DNA of 32,000 bases from Candidatus Saccharimonadota bacterium (GTDB taxonomy: Bacteria > Patescibacteriota > Saccharimonadia > Saccharimonadales > UBA4665), in the NCBI GenBank assembly GCA_016699935.1, contig CP064992.1, positions 1,050,001-1,082,000 on the forward strand, read 5' to 3'. Numbering within the stretch: position 1 is the first letter of the stretch; each line of letters begins with the position of its first letter. This document shows, in pieces, positions 29,297 to 32,000 of this stretch. The notes under the pieces were generated by a model. The model was not told the origin of the DNA. It searched no databases and saw nothing but the letters and a program-made list of their open reading frames with translations. Position numbers and translations under genes: made by a program.

Positions 29297-29485
29297 CTAC
29301 TTTTTGGTTTTTGATGAATTGTTGGAGTCTATGCTGATGGGAATTTCTGTGCTAACCCAAATATCTTCTTCTTGGCAGTGATACAACACTTTATTATATT
29401 CTACAAAATCACTACCCACCTTGAAGTTATTGGCAATTTCCCAGCGTACTTTACGCATTGGATTACTACAGTTAGGACAATTCAT
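29297..29485 (-). CDS. small hypothetical protein (62 aa) with an N-terminal CxxC, embedded in the tRNA cluster
   Basis: Intact ORF MNCPNCSNPMRKVRWEIANNFKVGSDFVEYNKVLYHCQEEDIWVSTEIPISIDSNNSSKTKK. It has no clear Shine-Dalgarno sequence. It sits between tRNA-Tyr (27 nt upstream) and tRNA-Thr (8 nt downstream) on the same strand. Confidence 0.35.
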   Translation of the reverse strand: MNCPNCSNPMRKVRWEIANNFKVGSDFVEYNKVLYHCQEEDIWVSTEIPISIDSNNSSKTKK

Positions 29486-29511
29486 AGAGTCTTTATGCTA
29501 ATATTGTTTGT

Positions 29512-29597
29512 TGGTGCAGGGTGGAGGATTCGAACCTCCGAAGGCATAAGCCAACAGATTTACAGTCTGTCGTGTTTGACCGCTTCACTAACCCTGC
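29512..29597 (-). tRNA. tRNA-Tyr(GTA), long variable arm, CCA encoded
   Basis: Reverse complement: GCAGGGTTAGTGAAGCGGTCAAACACGACAGACTGTAAATCTGTTGGCTTATGCCTTCGGAGGTTCGAATCCTCCACCCTGCACCA. Anticodon loop CTGTAAA. Confidence 0.9.
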
Positions 29598-29609
29598 ATA
29601 ACTTGTAAA

Positions 29610-29686
29610 TGGAGCCACCTGAGGGATTCGAACCCACGACCCGCTGTTTACAAAACAGCCGCTCTGGCCAACTGAGCTAAGGTGGC
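29610..29686 (-). tRNA. tRNA-Thr(TGT), CCA encoded
   Basis: Reverse complement: GCCACCTTAGCTCAGTTGGCCAGAGCGGCTGTTTTGTAAACAGCGGGTCGTGGGTTCGAATCCCTCAGGTGGCTCCA. Anticodon loop TTTGTAA. The T stem has one U-U mismatch (GTGGG/CCCTC). Confidence 0.85.
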
Positions 29687-29754
29687 AATAGACAACGCCT
29701 AGTGTATCAAAACAGAGGTTAGCTGGCAAGTTTTGAGCGTGGTACAATGACTAT

Positions 29755-30021
29755 ATGCCTTATGTACAACAAGATATGCGAAAAGACTTAGACCCCACCA
29801 TCCAGCTGCTCATAGAAAAGCTTGCGGCCCTCCCCCTAGACAAACAAGACGGGGCGCTGAACTACACAATTACTCGTTTACTACATGGCGTATATCAGCC
29901 AGAAAGCTATTTTACCTATAACCGATCCATGGGTGTGCTGTCATCAGCACAGGCCGAGTGGTATCGTCGCAGGGTTGCACCGTACGAAGACCGAAAGATT
30001 TCAGAAAACGGCGATGTCTAG
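29755..30021 (+). CDS. conserved-looking hypothetical protein (88 aa)
   Basis: Intact ORF MPYVQQDMRKDLDPTIQLLIEKLAALPLDKQDGALNYTITRLL...AEWYRRRVAPYEDRKISENGDV. The extended -10 TGGTACAAT at 29740..29748 lies only 6 nt upstream of the ATG. The stop overlaps the NUDIX gene start. Confidence 0.6.
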   Translation: MPYVQQDMRKDLDPTIQLLIEKLAALPLDKQDGALNYTITRLLHGVYQPESYFTYNRSMGVLSSAQAEWYRRRVAPYEDRKISENGDV

Positions 30022-30430
30022 CGACGGAGTAGTCCAAAAGGCTGGTGGCATAGTCAGGCACCAAACGACTCATAAGATTGCTGTTGTGACTAATGAATTG
30101 GGGAAATGCGTGCTGCCAAAAGGCAGTATTGAGTCAGGAGAGTCCGTTGAAGCCGCCGCTAGGCGCGAGATTTACGAAGAAACTGGGCTTGAAGATCTGA
30201 TGCTTGTGCGTGAGCTTGGCGTGCTCATGCGTCCAGGTCATGAATCGGCTCACTCGCAAGACGTCGATGTGGTCAAGCATATTCATCTGTATCTATTTTC
30301 AACGACTAGCGATTCACTTAAGCCCGTTCAGAATGACAGTGTTTCAGCAAATTGGATTGCGCCAGATGAGCTTGCATCTACTTTGAGCTGGCTCGAAGAA
30401 TACGACTTCATCAGAGGACACTGTCCGTAA
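30014..30430 (+). CDS. NUDIX hydrolase
   Basis: In ORF 29885..30430. I prefer ATG 30014 (ATGTCTAG overlap with the upstream stop). The Nudix box is LPKGSIESGESVEAAARREIYEETGL. Confidence 0.75.
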   Translation: MSSDGVVQKAGGIVRHQTTHKIAVVTNELGKCVLPKGSIESGESVEAAARREIYEETGLEDLMLVRELGVLMRPGHESAHSQDVDVVKHIHLYLFSTTSDSLKPVQNDSVSANWIAPDELASTLSWLEEYDFIRGHCP

Positions 30431-30443
30431 CTGTTCCCCGGTG

Positions 30444-31118
30444 CTAAATAACAACTCTGCGGGGGCGAAGGATGCGGCGGGGCTTACCAGATGGCACAAT
30501 GAGCGTCTTTAGCTTTTCTTCTATAACCTCCGCTTCGGCGTCCATACCGTGTTCTAAGTACGCTCGTTGCAAGAGAGCGTATGTTTCGTGGTTTGGCTCA
30601 AGCTCGACTGCCCTCATGAGTGACGCGAACATTAGCTTTTCGTTGCCAAGTTTTTCATTTACCTTCGCATAGGCCACATGACGAGCGGCTAGGTCTTCCT
30701 CTAGTTTCAGGGCTTGTTCAAAAGCTATGCCAGCTTTTTCGTAATTTTCCGTTTCATAGTAAATGAGCCCCAGATTATGGAGGCTCGACGGTGTCGCTTC
30801 AATGCTGCTGGCAATTTCGAAACAGTCTATGGCATCACGGTATTCCTTTTGTTTGGCATAAAGTATACCAAGGCGGTTGTAGGCGGCCGCGTTTTTTTCG
30901 TCAATCTTTAGGATGGTCAGGAGGGCTTTTTCGGCACGCAAAAACCTATTTTCGCGCATGCCCTGGTGTGCTATGTCCCATAGCTTCCCTATGCGGTCGC
31001 CAACCTTCCGCGAAATATCTGACTCTTCATCAGAACGCTTCCGCGTGTGAAGCAAACCCATAAACCCAAAGGCACCGACTACCAATAGTTCGTACATATC
31101 GTTCCAGTAGTATAACAC
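30444..31118 (-). CDS. tetratricopeptide-repeat (TPR) protein with an N-terminal membrane anchor
   Basis: Intact 224-aa ORF with the TM segment YELLVVGAFGFMGLL and TPR-like repeats (AAAYNRLGILYAKQKEYRDAIDCFEIA; LHNLGLIYYETENYEKAGIAFEQALKL). Confidence 0.7.
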   Translation of the reverse strand: MLYYWNDMYELLVVGAFGFMGLLHTRKRSDEESDISRKVGDRIGKLWDIAHQGMRENRFLRAEKALLTILKIDEKNAAAYNRLGILYAKQKEYRDAIDCFEIASSIEATPSSLHNLGLIYYETENYEKAGIAFEQALKLEEDLAARHVAYAKVNEKLGNEKLMFASLMRAVELEPNHETYALLQRAYLEHGMDAEAEVIEEKLKTLIVPSGKPRRILRPRRVVI

Positions 31119-31120
31119 AT

Positions 31121-31991
31121 CTAGAGGGCGAGCATGAGCTCGGTCAAGACAATTTTTTGATTGCCACTACGAGCGAGCGACTGAGCGGCAGTATCACTCG
31201 CAGCTACTATGCCATGCCAGCGGCGGAGCGCTTCTATGTCTCCTCTGTCTGCGACACGGTATGCGCTAGACGAAGCTACAGTACTGAGCGTACTTACGAA
31301 ATCGCGGGCGATAGTTTTATCCTTGAGGTCTCTGTCGACCATGACGAGTCGTTCGAATGGTTCTGCAACCAAGGCCTGCTTGACTAGTTGAATCGTTTGA
31401 TCAGTATCTGCGCTCCCAGATTCAAGTAAACGAGCTGTTTCGGCGATGTTTTGGCTAGTTACCAGGAGCAATTGGGTAACTTTATTATGCTCATAGCCGG
31501 TATTAGTAAAATATTTGATGATTTCAGACTCATCTGGGCGTGTGGCACGCAGTTGCTGCACGCGGGAGATTATGGTTGGTAGCAAAAGACGGGGGTGCGA
31601 AGAAACGAGCAATATAACTGTTTGCTTGGGTGGCTCCTCCAGTAGCCTTAAGAGGGCGTTCTGAGCCTCTCTCGTCATGGTGTGCGCATCATCTATAAGG
31701 ATAGCTCGCCCAACCGGAGCTTTGAGATGGCACTTGCAGGCTGACGAAGTTTTGCAAGTCACGTATATGCGCTATGCCGATTGTTCCATTTTCAGGAGTA
31801 ATGATACGCACATATGGGTGCTCGTGCAGCTTATCTTCCCGAGTAACAAGCAGAGTTGCGGTGATATCTCTAGCCAGCGTCGACAACCCTGAACCAGACG
31901 CGCCGGTCACCAAGAGAGATTGCACTGGTCGAGCGAGATATCGATCTACCGCCTCCCGTGTGCTGGGATGTAATACCAAATTGTGGCTCAT
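31121..31991 (-). pseudogene. holB: DNA polymerase III subunit delta-prime; one frameshift
   Basis: Fragment 31689..31991 (MSHNLVLHPSTREAVDRYLARPVQSLLVTGASGSGLSTLARDI) and fragment 31121..31762 (APVGRAILIDDAHTMTREAQNALLRLLEEPPKQTVILLVSSHPRLLLPTIISRV) join near 31725..31740. Confidence 0.8.
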
Positions 31992-32000
31992 GCTTCCGCA

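Noticed and set aside
29033-29337. ORFs 29033..29278, 29058..29258 and 29134..29337 (and 29372..29608, 29493..29747) across the tRNA cluster. Also a possible TTGACA-17-TATGGT promoter on the minus strand near 29195..29167, with a 22-aa ORF.
   Set aside because: The ORFs read straight through the tRNA genes. The promoter-plus-peptide idea rests on a single motif match with no RBS or conservation evidence.

Overview
This is a 32-kb stretch of a compact, gene-dense bacterial chromosome. It reads with the standard genetic code: UGA acts as a stop, and every apparent in-frame break I examined is an indel rather than a recoded stop.

Core content:
- Housekeeping genes: ligA, holB, secG, rpmG, an M24 aminopeptidase, an S11 D-Ala-D-Ala carboxypeptidase, a peptide-type ABC binding protein, a HAM1-type NTP pyrophosphatase, and HAD and NUDIX hydrolases.
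- An oxidative pentose-phosphate block (pgl-gnd-zwf) lies directly upstream of an alpha-glucan cluster (GT4/5-like glycosyltransferase, GH57, GH15).
- Several small or multi-pass membrane proteins.
- Six tRNAs: Leu-GAG, Leu-CAG, Trp-CCA, Thr-GGT, Tyr-GTA, Thr-TGT.

The gene content and organisation resemble a Patescibacteria/CPR genome (Saccharibacteria-like). That is inference only; nothing was searched.

Main observations:
1. 16 genes, including essential single-copy ones, are broken by small indels, mostly at short homopolymers. The breaks cluster by gene. This looks like an assembly or polishing artefact, but real decay is not excluded.
2. A roughly 2.4-kb, AT-richer islet sits next to tRNA-Trp and is bounded by copies of the tRNA 3' end. 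It carries an overlapping two-gene cassette whose large protein has an Mrr-like PD-(D/E)xK nuclease N-terminus and about 400 aa of unassigned sequence. I regard it as a candidate uncharacterised defence module.
3. A second small accessory segment ends in a frameshifted large serine recombinase whose last codons run into tRNA-Leu(GAG).
4. There are two structured non-coding elements and a recurrent promoter layout that suggests leaderless mRNAs.

No CRISPR array, rRNA or IS transposase was seen.
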